This document shows, in pieces, positions 39,060 to 53,300 of a stretch of DNA of 64,000 nt. Below the pieces are notes generated by a model that saw nothing but the letters and a program-made list of their open reading frames with translations, ran no database searches and was not told the origin of the DNA. Each line of letters begins with the position of its first letter. Position 1 is the first letter of the stretch. Origin of the DNA: Balanoglossus misakiensis (taxonomy: Eukaryota; Animalia; Hemichordata); contig CM082589.2 in NCBI GenBank assembly GCA_040954595.2, positions 11,606,894 through 11,670,893 of the forward strand, given 5' to 3'. The position numbers were made by a program, and so were the translations under genes.

Positions 39060-41144
39060 CTATGAATTGCTGCATAATTTGCATCCACCGGCCGCTGCAG
39101 TGCAAAACCCTGCTTTACGTACTCTGTTTTTTGTCGTATAGTCTAGTCTTAGTGCTAGGATTCTAAATCTCAGAGCTTTACCTCCAAAGACTGAGTTTCT
39201 CCCCCTGCCCTTGTGAAAAACATTCTCCCCATTTGGCAAATCTAGCCAATCGTGAACACCATCATTGAAGTGCAGGCCATCTGGGCACACTGCTGGCCAA
39301 TAATAGGCAGATCTCCACACAGGGACCACCATCGTTCCCTTGCCCTTGCACTCTTTCAGATACCTCATTGCCTTACCAATCAAGCACACTGATGGTAATA
39401 ACCAGTTATTATCAGATCCCCACAACTGGGTAAAAGCATCAACTGCTTCGGTATTTGGACACCAATACCTTGAGTTAAATCGTAAACATTTTGTGTTATA
39501 CGAACAAGCAAATCTGTCCACTGTAAATGGACCCCACAGACAGTTCAGATGGTTAAAAATGTCTGGACTAATCCCCCAGTCATCTGTGTCAACCACTTTA
39601 CTGATAAAATCAGCTTTCTCGTTCAGTGATCTGGGAATCCACTCTGGTAGCAGAGAAACTGCGTTGCTTACACAAAAAGCGTAGATCTGAAGTGCTATTT
39701 TTTGTAACTCTGGCTTCATGCTGCTTTTTGCGATAATGCTCACCACATTTTGGTTATCAGTGAACCACTTTACTGTGTGGCCCTGGATGATGTGCGTAAT
39801 ACTGACAAGAATTCTATGAACTGCTTCAAGTTCACGCCATGTAGAGCTCTTACCTGCTTCGAACTGTGACCAGTTGCCCTGTGCAACACAATCCCCATAC
39901 TCTACTACATAGCCACCGTATCCTGTGCTAGAAGCGTCTGAGTACACCACTCTTGTGACTTTGGATGTAAACCTCATGGCTACCCCGTTTAAATTTGGTA
40001 TGTTGTCATGCCAAAACCGCAATTCCTGAATCGCTTCCATGCCTAATATTACTCTACTACCCCACGATGAACGTGTATTCAATGCAAAAATTAAATGCCT
40101 GGTCATCATTAAGACAACATTGCCAATGCCAATTCTCGTGGAAATGACATGGCCAATTACCTGGGCCAATTTCCTGGCGTGGACTGGAGTGAAGCTTTTT
40201 GATGAACTACAGTTAGACAGCAAATCGGCCAGTAAACCATGCAATCTTTGCAGACGACGAATGGGTATGAAAAACTTACCTTGTTCCAGGTCAATCTCTA
40301 CACCTAGCCATTCCAGCTTTTGCACAGGCTCCCAAACACTCTTACCTTGGTTAATTGCAAGTCCAAATGCTACCAAGTCATGTTCCACCTCATGTGATGC
40401 AACTGTGGCAGATTGCAAAGAACTCCCAGCACCAAGCCCGTCATCTAGGTAAACAACTACTGCCTTACCTTCCCCTCTCCATTTTGCTACTAGAGGGCGT
40501 AGTAACTTAGTAAAAACATATGGTCCTGAAGACAGCCCAAATGGGAGAACACAGAAAATAAAATACCTTCTTGTCCCGTTGAAAACCCAGGAAAACCCCA
40601 GAAATTTGCGATGAGCTGGGAAAATTTCAACATGGTGATAACCTGACTTTAGGTCAAACTTAAACATGAAACTCCCTAGTTCCAAAAACTCTTTTGCAAT
40701 ACTCAAATCTTCACAGCGAAAACTTTGCTTGAAGATGTGCAAATTAACCTTACGTAAATCTAAAATCAAACGCTCCTTTCCGTCATGATTTAGTGCCACT
40801 GAAAGAGGATTGCACACAAATGGAACCTCATTGACCTCCTCTATGGCCCCTGAATGCAAAAGCTTGCCGATTTCCGAAGAAACAAAAACACTATTAGAAC
40901 AAGCCGAGCGATTATTTGATGCGAATGATGAAGGAGGCGATGAAAATAGAGGTAACTTGTAACCATATTCAATAAGCTCCAAAATCCAATTTGGCGCGTT
41001 AATTTCCCGCCATTTTGCAAGATGACGCTTCAAGCCTCCCCTAACGATGACGTCGTCGTGAGGACGACAAATAAAACTCTCCCCTAAAATAGAGGCTTCT
41101 TTTGTAAACCCAATTGCATCAGAGAAATCTCCCTCCCATGACAA
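39060..41144 (-). CDS. Reverse transcriptase - RNase H - N6-adenine-methylase-like domain
   Basis: RLILDLR, FDLKSGYHHV, LPFGLSSGP, VYLDD, YSDASSTGYG, WRELEA, FTDNQN, WIPRSLNEKAD, then DRFA..N..RFNSR..DAFTQLW..W; LPS sits where the methylase PP motif is expected. Confidence 0.93.
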   Translation of the reverse strand: MSWEGDFSDAIGFTKEASILGESFICRPHDDVIVRGGLKRHLAKWREINAPNWILELIEYGYKLPLFSSPPSSFASNNRSACSNSVFVSSEIGKLLHSGAIEEVNEVPFVCNPLSVALNHDGKERLILDLRKVNLHIFKQSFRCEDLSIAKEFLELGSFMFKFDLKSGYHHVEIFPAHRKFLGFSWVFNGTRRYFIFCVLPFGLSSGPYVFTKLLRPLVAKWRGEGKAVVVYLDDGLGAGSSLQSATVASHEVEHDLVAFGLAINQGKSVWEPVQKLEWLGVEIDLEQGKFFIPIRRLQRLHGLLADLLSNCSSSKSFTPVHARKLAQVIGHVISTRIGIGNVVLMMTRHLIFALNTRSSWGSRVILGMEAIQELRFWHDNIPNLNGVAMRFTSKVTRVVYSDASSTGYGGYVVEYGDCVAQGNWSQFEAGKSSTWRELEAVHRILVSITHIIQGHTVKWFTDNQNVVSIIAKSSMKPELQKIALQIYAFCVSNAVSLLPEWIPRSLNEKADFISKVVDTDDWGISPDIFNHLNCLWGPFTVDRFACSYNTKCLRFNSRYWCPNTEAVDAFTQLWGSDNNWLLPSVCLIGKAMRYLKECKGKGTMVVPVWRSAYYWPAVCPDGLHFNDGVHDWLDLPNGENVFHKGRGRNSVFGGKALRFRILALRLDYTTKNRVRKAGFCTAAAGGCKLCSNS

Positions 41145-41240
41145 TAAAGAGCAATTACAGCCCGAAATATTGCAGGGAACATTGATATTTTGGCCAATAC
41201 TTAACTTTTCAGCCTGGGTGTCATGTCGTCCTTGTAATGG

Positions 41241-42044
41241 TCACATCGGACCATTTCCTGAGCCGCTGCTGGTTCCCGCCAAAACTCCTTGTAGTACCCC
41301 AGTACTGTTAGAATGTCCCACGGAACGGCATTCATGTCTGAAATGTCCGGGCTTTCCACAAGCAAAGCATAGACCGCTACGTACTCTCTTCGCATCCCTA
41401 TCTCTGAAGAACGGCCCTTGGGTACCAACGGCGGCGTTGTCTGTGTATTGCCCCTGTCGCTCGCGACCTCTGAACTTCTGTTTCTTTTGGCGCTGCTCTT
41501 TGGAACGACGGCCTGCTCTCAGCTCAGCTTTCCAAATACGCTTCTCATCGTCGCTGTCCTCAGCCAACTCATGCGAGCGATATTCCTGCGCTGTTGCCCA
41601 TCCAAATTCTGAATTTTCCGCCAGCAGAATCAATTTTTGTCTCTGTCCTATCTCATTAATACCTTCATCAATCTTCTTTAGTGCTCCTTCGTATCTTTTA
41701 GCTTCCAACTCCGTTTTGGTCTCCTCGATGATGTCCAACACCTTGTCGTTGTGCTTATATTGGTCCGCATTAGCCTGCTTTTTGAAGGTCGGGGCTTCTT
41801 TGTGTTTCAGACGTTTGAACTCGCCCATGACCTCGCGCGCGGTTCCTTCTTGCGCGGTGCTGAGCTCGTTTTTCATAACTTGTAATTTCTGAGTGATAAG
41901 CTGATTAATAGAAGTCAGCAACTGCCCGTTGTTAGCCTGGATGGCTTCAGAAATGGTTGAAGACTGGTCTTCCATGTTGATGGGAACCAAGATCGCCGAA
42001 ATAAGTGACCGAACACGAAGCGCGAAAATTAGCCGTGTAGTCAC
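41241..42044 (-). CDS. Gag-like ORF1 with CCHC knuckle
   Basis: RQKLILLAENSEFGW..EY..LAEDSDDEKRI typical of this group; CFACGKPGHFRHEC; true start may be the ATG at ~41975. Confidence 0.88.
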   Translation of the reverse strand: MTTRLIFALRVRSLISAILVPINMEDQSSTISEAIQANNGQLLTSINQLITQKLQVMKNELSTAQEGTAREVMGEFKRLKHKEAPTFKKQANADQYKHNDKVLDIIEETKTELEAKRYEGALKKIDEGINEIGQRQKLILLAENSEFGWATAQEYRSHELAEDSDDEKRIWKAELRAGRRSKEQRQKKQKFRGRERQGQYTDNAAVGTQGPFFRDRDAKRVRSGLCFACGKPGHFRHECRSVGHSNSTGVLQGVLAGTSSGSGNGPM

Positions 42045-44309
42045 CTTGCCAGCAACGTGTAGACTGACGTTCCGCTAGTGATAGCGCCCTCTATGGCAAC
42101 AAAACATTACTTTCTTGTATCTACTACGTGCCTCAAGAAAGTACACATTTTGTCTTGGGTGATTTAAATTATACCGCCTTTTCTGGAATTTGCAGCACTT
42201 ATTACATGAGAACGACACTTCATGCTCCATAATATTTCCGAAAATGAAGAAAAGAGTTAATTTTTTATGACTTTTTTAAAAATTACCATTTTTGTCAAAA
42301 TATGGCCAAAATGGCTATTTTTTCTTGAATTCCGTCAATATCTCTGCATTTTTGGAGTGGTCGAAAGTTTTAACATACAATCAACATGTCATATATGATC
42401 AGGGCACCAAATTCGAAGTACAAAGGTTTTTTTATTTTTTTTTCTAAAAATGACATTTTCAAGGAAAATTTGGTAAAACGCAATTTTGTCTGCAGTAAGC
42501 CATATTAGACTGTCTTTTTTTTTGGAATTTCTATCGATATATACATACGAAGAGCATTCTATACTCCATCAGATTTCCGAAAATGTAGAAAACAGGTATT
42601 TTTTGTAATTTTCAAAAAATTACCATTTTGACCAAATTGTGGCTAAAATTGTTATTTTCGTGTTGAATGCCGCCAGTGTCACTGCTTTTAAAAGTCATAA
42701 AACTTTTAACATACAAGCAATTGTTTATATATGATTAGGTCACCGAATTAAAAAAATAAAGAATGTTATGCCTAAAAATGACCTTTTTGGTGCAAAAACG
42801 AATAAAACGCAATTTTGTATTAAATCAGCTCATTCAGAGTGCATTTTTTATAATCAGCACCATTTTTACATATAATGGAAATTTCATACATCATCAGATA
42901 TCCAAATATGAAAAAATGATTTAGATTTTAGATGATTGTCCAAAATTAGCTGATATCTAATAAATGTAGTATTGAACCGTTCTGTTCCCCCCCCCCCCTA
43001 CATTATATGCGGTACGCCGATGTCAGCTTACCCGGCAGTACTGCAGGCCGTGCCCCCAACTAACGTCGGTGTTTGAAACGCCCTGGTTAAATTCGGGCTT
43101 TCTCGATAAATTGACAGGAAATAATGCAGTCCTACCCGAACAAATGTCAAGTGTTGAACCGCTGTGACTTTCCCTCTTAGTTTGCCCGACTTAGCCAACG
43201 TCTTTGTACTAGAGTGTCGGGTCTTTTGCAGAGCCAGGCCGAAGGAAATCCGACTTGATCACCGTTGCTAACGAACGCTAGTGTCTGTCATGGTGTGCCG
43301 GGGTTTTAGTCGAGCCAGGCCATAGGAGATCTGACTTGATCATCGTGGTCAATGTACGCGTGTTTCCGCTCGAAAGTGCCGGGGCTTCAGCTAAACCAGG
43401 CCGTAGGAAATCCGACGTAATCACCGTTGATAACTTACGCCAGTCTGTGTCATATAGAGCCGGTGCACCAGCCGACTCACGCCGTAGGAAATCTGACTTG
43501 ATCAACGTGGTCTCTGTACGCGTGTTTCTGCTCTAGAGTGCCAGGGCTTCAGCCAAGCCATGCCGTAGGAAATCTGACTTGATCAACGTTGCTAACGAAC
43601 GCTAGTGTCTGTCATAGTGTGCCGGGGTTTTAGTCGAGCCAAGCCGTAGGAGATCAGCCTTGATCAACGTGGTCAATGTACGCCTGTTTCTGCTCTAGAG
43701 TGCCGGGGCTTCAGCTGAGCCAGGCCGTATGAAACCCGACGTGATTACAGTTGTTAACTTACGCCAGTCTGTGTCCTATATATAGTGCGGGGGCATCAGC
43801 CGTGCCAGGCCGAAGGAAATGTGAGTAGATCAACGTGGTCTCTGTACACGTGTTTCTGCTCTAGAATGCCAGGGCTTTAGCCAAGCCATGCCGTAGGAAA
43901 TCTGACTTGATCAACGTTGCTACGGAACGCTAGTGTCTGTCATAGTGTGCCGGGGTTTTAGTCGAGCCAAGCCGTAGGAGATCAGACTTGATCAACGTGG
44001 TCTCTGTACGCGTGTTTCTGCTCTAGAGTGCCGGGGCTTTATCCAAGCCATGCCGTAGAAAATCTGACTTGATCAACGTTGCTAACGTACGCTAGTGTCT
44101 GTCATATTGTGACGGAGATTTAGCCGAGCCAGGCCGTAGAAAAATCGACTTGTTCAACGTTACCAGTGTGCAACTGTTTCTGCTCTAGAGTGTCAGGGTT
44201 TTAGCCGACTTATGCTGTAGGAAATCTGAGTTGATGAACGGGAATTCAATGTTAGAAAACCCGTGTGGAAAGTATCTCTACCCGTTTGAAACTAAGAAAA
44301 GAATTTATT

Positions 44310-47300
44310 AGGGGCACAAGCCTATCGGGCTTGTGCCCCTATTGGTATTGTTGGAATATTTGGGGGCACAAGCGCCCTCAGGCGGCTTGTGCCCCCATTG
44401 GTATTGTTGGAATTTTTCTTTATTAGGGCCCAAGCGCATACCAGCGCTTGGGCCCTATTGGTTTCGTTGGGGTTTTTAGGGCCCAAGCGCATACCAGCGC
44501 TTGGGCCCTATTGGTTTCGTTGGGGTTTTTCTGTCTTTCTTTCTTTCTTTAGGGCCCAAGCGCAAGCAAGCGCTTGGGCCCTATTGGTTTCGTTGGGGTT
44601 TTTCTTTCTTTCTTTCTTTCTTTCTTTATTCTCCTGTCCATTTTTTATCGCTCTAGATCTCAGACACCGCTGCAGGTACAGTTCTCAAACTTGCTACAGT
44701 GGTCAAGGTCAATGAGTAGTCGTGCATTGAACCCATGAATTTTTAATTAGTCACGTGACATGGCGGCCATATTGGATTTTCTGAAAAAATGCAAATCTCA
44801 TATCTCAGAAACTACAAGTCAGATCAACTTCAGATTTGGCGTGCAGGTAGTCTACCTTCTGCCCATCATTTTTGTCATTGGATATTTTGCTGTCAATGTT
44901 GCAGTTTTTTTGCTACAGTTGTTTTTCTGAAATCTGGTCAAAATTTCAAAAATCTTCTTCTCCAGAACGGGCGATAACGGAGTCACGCGGTTTGGGGTAT
45001 GGGGTCACCTAACTGAGGTCTATCAAGTTTGTGAAGATCATTGTGATTGGTCGAAGATTATGGCGGCCATATTGGATTTTCGAAAAACCATAGTAAAACT
45101 CCCAAAATCTTCTACTCCAGAATGGGCGATAACTGAGTCACAAGATTCGGGGAGTAGGGTCACTACACAGATGTCTATCAAGTTTGCAAAGAACATTGTG
45201 ATTCGTCGAAGATTATGGCGGCCATATTGGAATTTGTAAAAAGCATCGAAAAATTGAAATTCCTTTTTCTAGTCTAAAAATTGATAGCATAGAAATTCTT
45301 TGTATGGATATCAATCGTCATGTGACTAAAATATGTTGCAAATTTTTTGGCAATTTTCACATGACCTTTGACCTATTTTTCACATGTTATTTTTTCTGCA
45401 TATCTAATTCCAGGCTAACCTATTGGGCTAGATGTTTGGTTTTTGATGCATGTGGATAAGTGTGTGATCAAAATATTTTGCTACTTTCCATGACCCCTTT
45501 GACCTCTGCTTACCTCATTAATTATGTGCATAGCTAATTACAGGCGAACCAATAGAGCTAGAGGTTTGTTTTTTGTTGGACATGGACCAGTATGGGTAAA
45601 AAAAAAATGCACAAATGTTGGGTGACCTCTGGTGACCTTTGACCTACTTTCGCATATCTCAACATCCAGAGCAGATACAGCCTTGGCATTTGGCAGGATG
45701 GGACCTAAAAGTAAAGCCAAATTTTTGGGTCACCTGTGACGCCTGCTGACCTCATTAAATATGCACATACCTAATTGACGCGAACCAATAGAGCTAGAGT
45801 TTTGGTTTTTGTTGGACATGGCCCAGCATGGGTCAAAATTTTTTGCCCAAATGTTGGGTGACCTCAGGTGACCTTTGACTTACTTCACCCTATTTCAGCA
45901 GCAGAAATACACACATCCTTGTTATGTCATGAGATAATACATCCGATAGACAATTCCGTTTCTTCTCATTCATACTGTGCATATATAATTCAAGATCAGC
46001 GCTTGGGCCCGACAATGCTGCTCGCAGCTTTAATTATTCTTGGTTCCATTCTTTATCGCTCTAGATCTCAGACACCGCTGCAGGTACAGTTCTCAAACTT
46101 GCTACAGTGGTCAAGGTCAATGAGTAGATGTGCAGTGACTTGTGAATATTTAATTAGTCACGTGACCTGGCGGCCATCTTGGATTTTCTGAAAAAATGCA
46201 AATCTCAGATCTCAGAAACTACAAGTCAGATCGACTTCAAATTTGGCATGCTGGTAGACTACCTTCTGCCCATCATATTTGTAATTGGAAATTATGCTGA
46301 CAAAGTTGCAGTTTTTTGCTACAATTTTTTTTCTGAAATCTGGCTTAAATTTCAAAAATCTTCTTCTCCAGAACCAGTGATAACCGAGACACGGGGTTTG
46401 CGGTATGTGGTCACCTAACTGATGTCTATCAAGTTTGCGAAGATCATTGTGATTGGTCCAAGATTATGGCGGCCATATTGGATTTTCGAAAAACCCTAGT
46501 AAAATTTCAAAAATCTTCTTCTCAAGAACCAGCGATAACCGAGTCACAAGATTTGGTGTGTGTGGTCATTAAACAGATGTCTATCAAGTTTGCGAAGAGG
46601 AATGTGATTGGTCGAAGATTATGGCGGCCATATTGGATTTTGTGAAAAACAATTAAAAAGTAAAAATTCCCTTTCTAGCCTAAAAATTGATAGCACAGAA
46701 ATTCTTTTTATGGATATGAATCATCATATGACAAGAATAAGCTATAAATATTTTGGTAATTTTGGCAATGACCTTTGACCTACTTTTGACGCATCATTTT
46801 TCTGCATATCTAATTCCAGGCTTACCAATAGGGCTATAAGTTTGGTTTTTGATGTATGTGGATTTGTATGTGATCAAAAAATGTTGCTACTTTTCATGAC
46901 CCCTTTGACCTCTGGTGACCTCATTAAATATGCGCATACCTAATTAATGATGAACCAATAGACCTAGAGGTTTTGTTTTTGTTATACATGGACCAGTATG
47001 GGGTCAAAATATTTTGCCCAAATGTTGGGTGACCTCGGGTGACCTTTGACCTACTTTTGCATATCTCGACATCCACAGCAGATACAACCTTGGCGTTTGG
47101 AGGTATGGGGCCATAATGAAAAGCCAAAGTTTTGGGTCACCTTTGACACCTGCTTAACTCATTATTTATGTGCATACCTAATTCCGGGCTAACCAAAAGG
47201 GCTAGAGGTCTGGTTTTTGTTGGACATGGACCACTATGGATCAAAATTTTCTGCCCAAATTGTGGGTGACCTCTGGGTGACCTTTGACCTACTTAACACT

Positions 47301-50300
47301 ATATCAACACCAAACATAGATATAACCTTGATATTTCATGGGATAAAACACAGCATTATGTTTCTACTCATTAATTATGTGCATATCTAATAATCTGATC
47401 AGATAATAGAGCTTGGGCCCGGACAATGCTGCTTGCAGCTTTAATCTGTCTTTCCTTCTTTCTTTCTTTCTTCTTTCTTTATTCTTCTGTCAATTCTTTG
47501 TCGCTCTAGATCTCAGACACCACTGCAGGTACAGTTCTCAAACTTGCTACAGTGGTCAAGGTCAATGAGTAGTCGTGCATTGAACCCATGAATTTTTAAT
47601 TAGTCACATGACCTGGCGGCCATCTTGGATTTTCTGAAAAAATGCAAATCTCAGATCTCGGAAACTACAAGTCAGATCAACTTCAAATTTGGCGTGCAGG
47701 TAGACTACCGTCTGTCAATCATTTTTGTAATTGGAAATTATGCTGACAAAGTTGCAGTTTTTTTGCTACAATTTTTTTTCTGAAATCTGACTTAAATTTC
47801 AAAAATCTTCTTCTCCAGAACCGGTGATAACCGAGACACGGGGTTTGGGGTATGTGGTCACCTAACTGATGTCTATCAAGTTTGCGAAGATCATTGTGAT
47901 TGGTCGAAGATTATGGCGGCCATATTGGATTTTCGAAAAACCCTAGTAAAATTTCAAAAATCTTCTTCTCAAGAACCGGCGATAACCGAGTCGCAAGATT
48001 TGGTGTGTGTGGTCATTAAACAGATGTCTATCAAGTTTGCGAAGAGGAATGTGATTGGTCGAAGATTATGGCGGCCATATTGGATTTTGTAAAAAGCAGT
48101 GAAAAATTAAAATTCCTTTTTCTAGTATAAAAATTAATAGCATACAAATTCTTTTTATGGATATCAATCGTCATATGACTACAATATGTTACAAATTTTT
48201 GGCGATTTTTCACATGACCTTTGACCTACTTTTCACACATTATTATTTCTGCATATCTATTTCCAGGCTAACCTATAGGGCTAGACGTTTTGTTTTTGAT
48301 GCATGTGGATTAGTGTGTGATCAAAATATTTTGCTACTTTTCATGACCCCTTTTGACCTCTGCTAACCTCATTAATTATGTGCATAGCTAATTACAGGCG
48401 AACCAATTGAGCTAGAGGTTTGGTTTTTGTTGGACATGGACCAGTATGGGGTCAAATTTTTTTGCCCAAATGTTGGGTGACCTCGGGTGACCTTTGACCT
48501 ACTTTTGCATATCTCGACATCCACAGCAGATACAGCCTTGGCGTTTGGAGGTATGGGGCAATAATGAAAAGCCAAAGTTTTGGGTCACCTGTGACACCTG
48601 CTTTACTCATTATTTATGTGCATACCTAATTACGGGCTAACCAAAAGGGTTAGAGGTCCTGTTTTTGTTGGACATGGACCACTATGGGTCAAAATTTTCT
48701 GCACAAATTTTGGGTGACCTCAGATGACCTTTGACCTACTTAACACTATATCAGCACCAAACATAGATATAACCTTGATATTTCATGGGATAAAACACAG
48801 CATTATGTTTCTACTCATTAATTATGTGCATATCTAATAATCTGATCAGATAATAGAGCTTGGGCCCGGACAATGCTGCTTGCAGCTTTAATTCTTTCTT
48901 TCTTTCTTTCTTTCTTTATTCTTCTGTCATTTCTTTGTCGCTCTAGATCTCAGACACCACTGCAGGTACAGTTCTCAAACTTGCTACAGTGGTCAAGGTC
49001 AATGAGTAGTCGTGCATTGAACCCATGAATTTTTAATTAGTCACATGACCTGGCGGCCATCTTGGATTTTCTGAAAAAATGCAAATCTCAGATCTCAGAA
49101 ACTACAAGTCAGATCGACTTCAAATTTGGCGTGCAGGTAGACTACCTTCTGTCAAACATTTTTGTAATTGGAAATTATGCTGTCAATGTTGCAGTTTTTT
49201 TGCTACAATTTTTTTTCTGAAATCTGGCTTGAATTTCAAAAATCTTCTTCTCCAGAACCGGTGATAACCGAGACATGGGATTTGGGGTATGTGGTCACCT
49301 AACTGATGTCTATCAAGTTTGCGAAGATCATTGTGATTGGTCGAAGATTATGGCGGCCATATTGGATTTTCGAAAAACCCTAGTAAAATTTCAAAAATCT
49401 TCTTCTCAAGAACCGGCGATAACCGAGTCACAAGATTTTGTGTGTGTGGTCATTCAACAGATGTCTATCAAGTTTGCGAAGAGGAATGTGATTGGTCGAA
49501 GATTATGGCGGCCATATTGGATTTTCTTAAAAATGATTAAAAAGTAAAAATTCCCTTTCTAGCCTAAAAATTGATAGCACAGAAATTCTTTTTATGGATA
49601 TGAATCATCATATAACAAGAATAAGCTATAAATATTTTGGTAATTTTGGCAATGACCTTTGACCTACTTTTGACGCATCAATTTTCTGCATATCTAATTC
49701 CAGGCTAACCAATAGGGCTATAAGTTTGGTTTTTGATGTATGTGGATTTGTATGTGATCAAAAAAATTTGGTACTTTTCATGACCCCTTTGACCTCTGCT
49801 GACCTCATTAAATATGCGCATACCTAATTACAGATGAACCAATAGACCTAGAGGTTTTGTTTTTGTTGGACAGGCCAAGTATAGGGTCAAAATTTTTTAC
49901 CCAAATTTTGGGTGACCTCTGGTGACCTTTGACCTAATTTCGCAAATCTCAGCATCCACAGCAGATACAGCCTTGGCGTTTGGAGGTATGGGGCCATAAT
50001 GAAAAGCCAAAGTTTTGGGTCACCTGTGACACCTGCTTAACTCATTATTTATGTGCATACCTAATTCCGGGCTAACCAAAAGGGTTAGAGGTCTGGTTTT
50101 TGCTGGACATGGACCACTATGGGTCAAAATTTTCTGCACAAACTGTGGGTGACCTCTGACCTACTTAACACTATATCAGCACTAAACATAGATATAATCT
50201 TGATATTTCATGGGATAAAACACAGCATTATGTTTCTACTCATTAATTATGTGCATATCTAATAATCAGATCAGATAATAGAGCTTGGGCCCGGACAATG

Positions 50301-53300
50301 CTGCTTGCAGCTTTAATTAGGGCCCAAGCGCATACCAGCGCTTGGGCCCTATTGGTTTCGTTGGGGTTTTTCTGTCTTTCTTTCTTTCTTTCTTTATTCT
50401 TCTGTCAATTCTTTGTCGCTCTAGATCTCAGACACCGCTGCAGGTACACTTCTGAAACTTGCTACAGTGGTCAAGGTCAATGAGTAGTTGTGCATTGAAC
50501 CCTTGAATTTTTAATTAGTCACGTGACCTGGCGGCCATATTGGATTTTCTGAAAAAATGCAAATCTCAGATCTCAGAAACTACAAGTCAGATCGACTTCA
50601 AATTTGGTGTGCAGGTAGTCTACCTTCTACCCATCATTTTTGTGATTGGATATTTTCCTGTAAATGTGGCACTTTTTTTGCTACAATTTTTTTTCTGAAA
50701 TCTGGCTTAAATTTCAAAAATCTTCTTCTCCAGAACCGGTGATAGCTGAGTCACGCGGTTTGGGGTATGTGGTCACCTAACTGATGTCTATCAAGTTTGC
50801 GAAGATCATTGTGATTGGTCGAAGATTATGGCGGCCATATTGGATTTTCGAAAAACCATAGTGAAACTTCAAAAATCTTCTTCTCAAGAACGGGCGATAA
50901 CCGAGTCATAAGATTTGGTGTGGGTGGTCATTAAACAGATGTCTATCAAGTTTGCGAAGGGGAATGTGATTGGTCGAAGATTATGGCGGCCATATTGGAT
51001 TTTGTGAAAAACGATTAAAAAGTAAAAATTCCTTTTCTAGCCTAAAAATTGATAGCACAGAAATTCTTTTTATGGATATGAATCATCATATGACAAGAAT
51101 AAGCTATAAATATTTTGGCAATTTTGGCAATGACCTTTGACCTACTTTTGACGCATCATTTTTCTGCATATCTAATTCCAGGCTAACCAATAGGGCTATA
51201 AGTTTGGATTTTGATGTATGTGGATTTGTATGTGATCAAAAAATTTTGCTAATTTTCATGACCCCTTTGACCTCTGGTGACCTCATTAAATATGCGCATA
51301 CCTAATTAATGATGAACCAATAGACCTAGAGGTTTTGTTTTTGTTATACATGGACCAGTATGGGGTCAAAATATTTTGCCCAAATGTTGGGTGACCTCGG
51401 GTGACCTTTGACCTACTTTTGCATATCTCGACATCCACAGTAGATACAGCCTTGGCGTTTGGAGGTATGGGGCCATAATGAAAAGCCAAAGTTTTGGGTC
51501 ACCTGTGACACCTGCTTAACTCATTATTTATGTGCATACCTAATTCTGGGCTAACCAAAATGGCTAGAGGTCTGTTTTTTGTTGGACATGGACCACAATG
51601 GGTCAACATTTTCTGCCCAAATTGTGGGTGACCTCTGGGTGACCTTTGACCTACTTAACACTATTTCAGCACCAAACATAGATATAATATTGATATTTCA
51701 TGGGATAAAACACATATGTGCATATCTAATAATCAGATCAGATAATAGAGCTTGGGCCCGGACAATGCTGCTTGCAGCTTTAATTACGGGCCCAAGCCAA
51801 GCCAGGCTTGGGCCCGTATTGGTTTCGTTGGGGTTTTTCTTTCTTTCTTTCTTTCTTTCTTTATTCTTGGTTCATTTCTTTCGCGCTCTTGATCTCAGAC
51901 ACCGCTGTAGGTACAGTTCTCAAACTTGCTACAGTGGTCAAGGTCAATGAGTAGATGTGCAGTGACTTGTGAATACTTAATTAGTCACGTGACATGGCGG
52001 CCATATTGGATTTTCTGAAAAAATGCAAATCTCAGATCTCAGAAACTACAAGTCAGATCGACTTCAGATTTGGTGTGTTGGTAGTATACCCTCTGCCCAT
52101 CATTTTTGTAATTGGATATTTTGCTGTCAATGTTGCAGTTTTTTTGCTACAGTTGTTTTTCTGAAATCTGGTCAAAATTTCAAAAATCTTCTTCTCCAGA
52201 ACCGGCGATAACCAAGTCACGCCGTTTGGGGTATGTGGTCACCTAACTGATGTCTATCAAGTTTGCGAAGATCATTGTGATTGGTCGAAGATTATGGCGG
52301 CCATATTGGATTTTCGAAAAACCATAGTAAAACTTCAAAAATCTTCTTCTCCAGAACGGGCGATAACCGAGTCACAAGATTTGGTGTGTGTGGTCATTAA
52401 ACGGATGTCTATCAAGTTTGCGAAGGGGAATGTGATTGGTCGAAGATTATGGCGGCCATATTGGATTTTGTGAAAAACGATTAAAAAGTAAAAATTCCTT
52501 TTCTAGCCTAAACATTGATAGCACAGAAATTCTTTTTATGGATATGAATCATCATATGACAAGAATAAGCTATAAATATTTTGGTAATTTTGGCAATGAC
52601 CTTTGACCTACTTTTGACGAATCATTTTTCTGCATATCTAATTCCTGACTAACCAATGGGGCTATAAGTTTGGTTTTTGATGTATGTGGATTTGTATGTG
52701 ATCAAAAAATTTTGCTACTTTTCATGACCCCTTTGACCTCTGGTGACCTCATTAAATATGCGCATACCTAATTAATGATGAACCAATAGACCTAGAGGTT
52801 TTGTTTTTGTTATACATGGACCAGTATGGGGTCAAAATATTTTGCCCAAATGTTGGGTGACCTCGGGTGACCTTTGACCTACTTTTGCATATCTTGACAT
52901 CCACACCAGATACAGCCTTGGCGTTTGGAGGTATGGGGCCATAATGAAAAGCCAAAGTTTTGAGTCACCTGTGACACCTGCTTTACTCATTATTTATGTG
53001 CATACCTAATTCCGGGCTAACCAAAAGGGCTAGATGTCTGGTTTTTGTTTGACATGGACCACCACGGGTTAAAATTTTCTGCCCAAATTTTGGATGACCT
53101 CAGATGACCTTTGACCTACTTTTGCATATATCGGCATCCAAAGCAGGTACAGCCTTGGCATTTGGAGGTATGGGGCCATAATGAAAAGCCAAAGTTTTGG
53201 GTCACCTGTGACACCTGCTTTACGCATTATTTATGTGCATACCTAATTCCGGGCTAACCAAAAGGGCTAGAGGTCTGGTTTTTGTTGGACATGGACCACT

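Larger units (their letters stand above)
37275..42146 (-). mobile_element. Tyrosine-recombinase retrotransposon with split direct repeats (PAT/Ngaro architecture, PAT/DIRS-type methylase)
   Basis: A repeats 42025-42146 = 37633-37754 (122 bp); B repeats 37755-37861 = 37275-37381 (107 bp); order A1-ORFs-B1-A2-spacer-B2; no TSD (ggta|...|attttgtc). Confidence 0.93.

Noticed and set aside
41170-41892. 240-aa plus-strand ORF and other antisense ORFs over BEL and DIRS genes
   Set aside because: Shadow ORFs opposite well-supported coding frames, with no recognisable motifs
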